From Macrostomum lignano (lineage: Eukaryota): a stretch of DNA of 64,000 bases. Positions 63,051 through 64,000 of the stretch are shown piece by piece. Position numbers and translations under genes: made by a program. The stretch spans positions 30,519 through 94,518 of the forward strand of contig NIVC01002613.1 in the NCBI GenBank assembly GCA_002269645.1. The letters are read 5' to 3'. The notes beneath the pieces are model-generated. The model saw nothing but the letters and a program-made list of their open reading frames with translations. It searched no databases and had not been told where the DNA came from. Within the stretch, counting starts at the first letter, position 1. The number at the start of each line of letters is the position of its first letter.

Positions 63051-64000
63051 TCAGTCCTCCATGGCGTCCTGAACCTCGTGCGGGTTGAGGATGCGGGCAC
63101 GGTGCACTGCTGGGCCAGCTTGGCCTCCTGGGCCCGCCGGATCTCTCCTCTGCTCCTCCAGGTACAGGTCGCTCAGGTCTCGCGGTGAACTCGCGAATCT
63201 GCACCAGGAAGTCGCGCAGGTGCTCGCGGAATCGCTTCTGGTCGGCGTTGAACGAGAAGCAGCCCTGGACGAACACGGCGATCTGCGGCCGCTGCAGGTG
63301 CGGGTAGGCCTCCGACAGCAGCGCGCTGAGCGACTGCAGCACAAACTCGCTGTTGCTCACGCTGGCCTGCAGCTGCGTGTGCAGCCGGTCCCGCTCGCAC
63401 AGGGAAAACATCAGGCACAGCACCGAGCTCACCTGCGAGCCAGGGGGGAGCTTGATGACTGGGATTTCCTGGGACTGTGGCTGGGATCTCCTGGGATTGT
63501 GGCTGAGATCTCTAGGGATTGTGACTGGGATCTCCTGTGATTGTGGCTGGGATCTCTGGGGATTGTGGCTGGGATCTCCTGGGATTGTGGCTGGGATCTC
63601 TGGGGATTGTGGCTGGGATATCCTGGGATTGTGGCTGGGATCTCATGGGATTGTGGCTGGATCTCCTGGGATTGTGGCTGGATCTCCTGTGATTGTGGCT
63701 GGATCTCTGGGGATCTTCTGGGATTGTCGGAGTGGCCGGGATCTGGCGAGTTTCTGGGAGTGGCTGGCATCTCATGAACACCAGAAGTGAAAAACCTCCG
63801 GCAGCTCACCTGAGACAGCTGGCCGGCCTGCAGCGGGTCGGTGAGCACGGAGAACAGGTGCTGGAGCAGGCTCATGAAGAAGTTGGCGTGGAACTGGCCG
63901 GCAGCGGCCGGGTCGGCAGTCGACCTTCTGCAGCAGGCGGAGCACGATGCTGAGGCCGTCTCGCTGACGGACCTCAAGCTGTGCCGCACGGCCCACAGCA
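63051..64000 (-). CDS. XPO1: Exportin-1 (CRM1), last two exons (64000-63810 partial; 63432-63051), with several 1-bp frameshifts as given
   Basis: DGLSIVLRLLQKV, FHANFFMSLLQHLFSVLTD, LLSEAYPHLQRPQIAVFVQGCFSFN, FREHLRDFLVQIREF, DLSDLYLEE and ILNPHEVQDAMED match the CRM1 C-terminus. Intron gtgagc (63809)...cag (63433). Confidence 0.88.
63455..63722. repeat. 22-bp minisatellite (ggattgtggctgggatctcctg) in the last XPO1 intron
   Basis: About 12 tandem copies. Confidence 0.93.

Overview
Eukaryotic (animal) genomic DNA with GC3-rich exons, GT-AG introns filled with 13-32 bp minisatellites and TTAGGG repeats. This organisation resembles the flatworm Macrostomum lignano (inference, not a database result). 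Genes I can reconstruct by splice-phase-consistent exon joining: a partial RS-rich protein (+), PIGO (+, 3 exons), RBM15/spenito (+, 2 exons), a Pim-family kinase (-), an MS4A/CD20-like tetraspan with a 20x YPPQQSG tail (+), UNC93A-like (-, 6 exons), a small unknown two-exon gene with an RFX X-box (-) and the 3' end of exportin-1 (-, with several 1-bp frameshifts). 43.8-56.6 kb is a tandem and nested array of non-autonomous Helitron-like elements that carry satellite cargo and a tRNA-like Pol III promoter. The most novel-looking item is a cluster of three paralogous micro-genes at 56.7-61.0 kb encoding 66-80 aa N/Q/G-rich peptides built from two D-N-x-x-N-Q-x-N-P-N-N-x-x-Y repeats; one ends in a CaaX box. 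There is also a perfect 214-bp inverted-repeat element, a tRNA-derived SINE, and Tc1 and Gypsy relics. No rRNA, intact tRNA or CRISPR array was seen.
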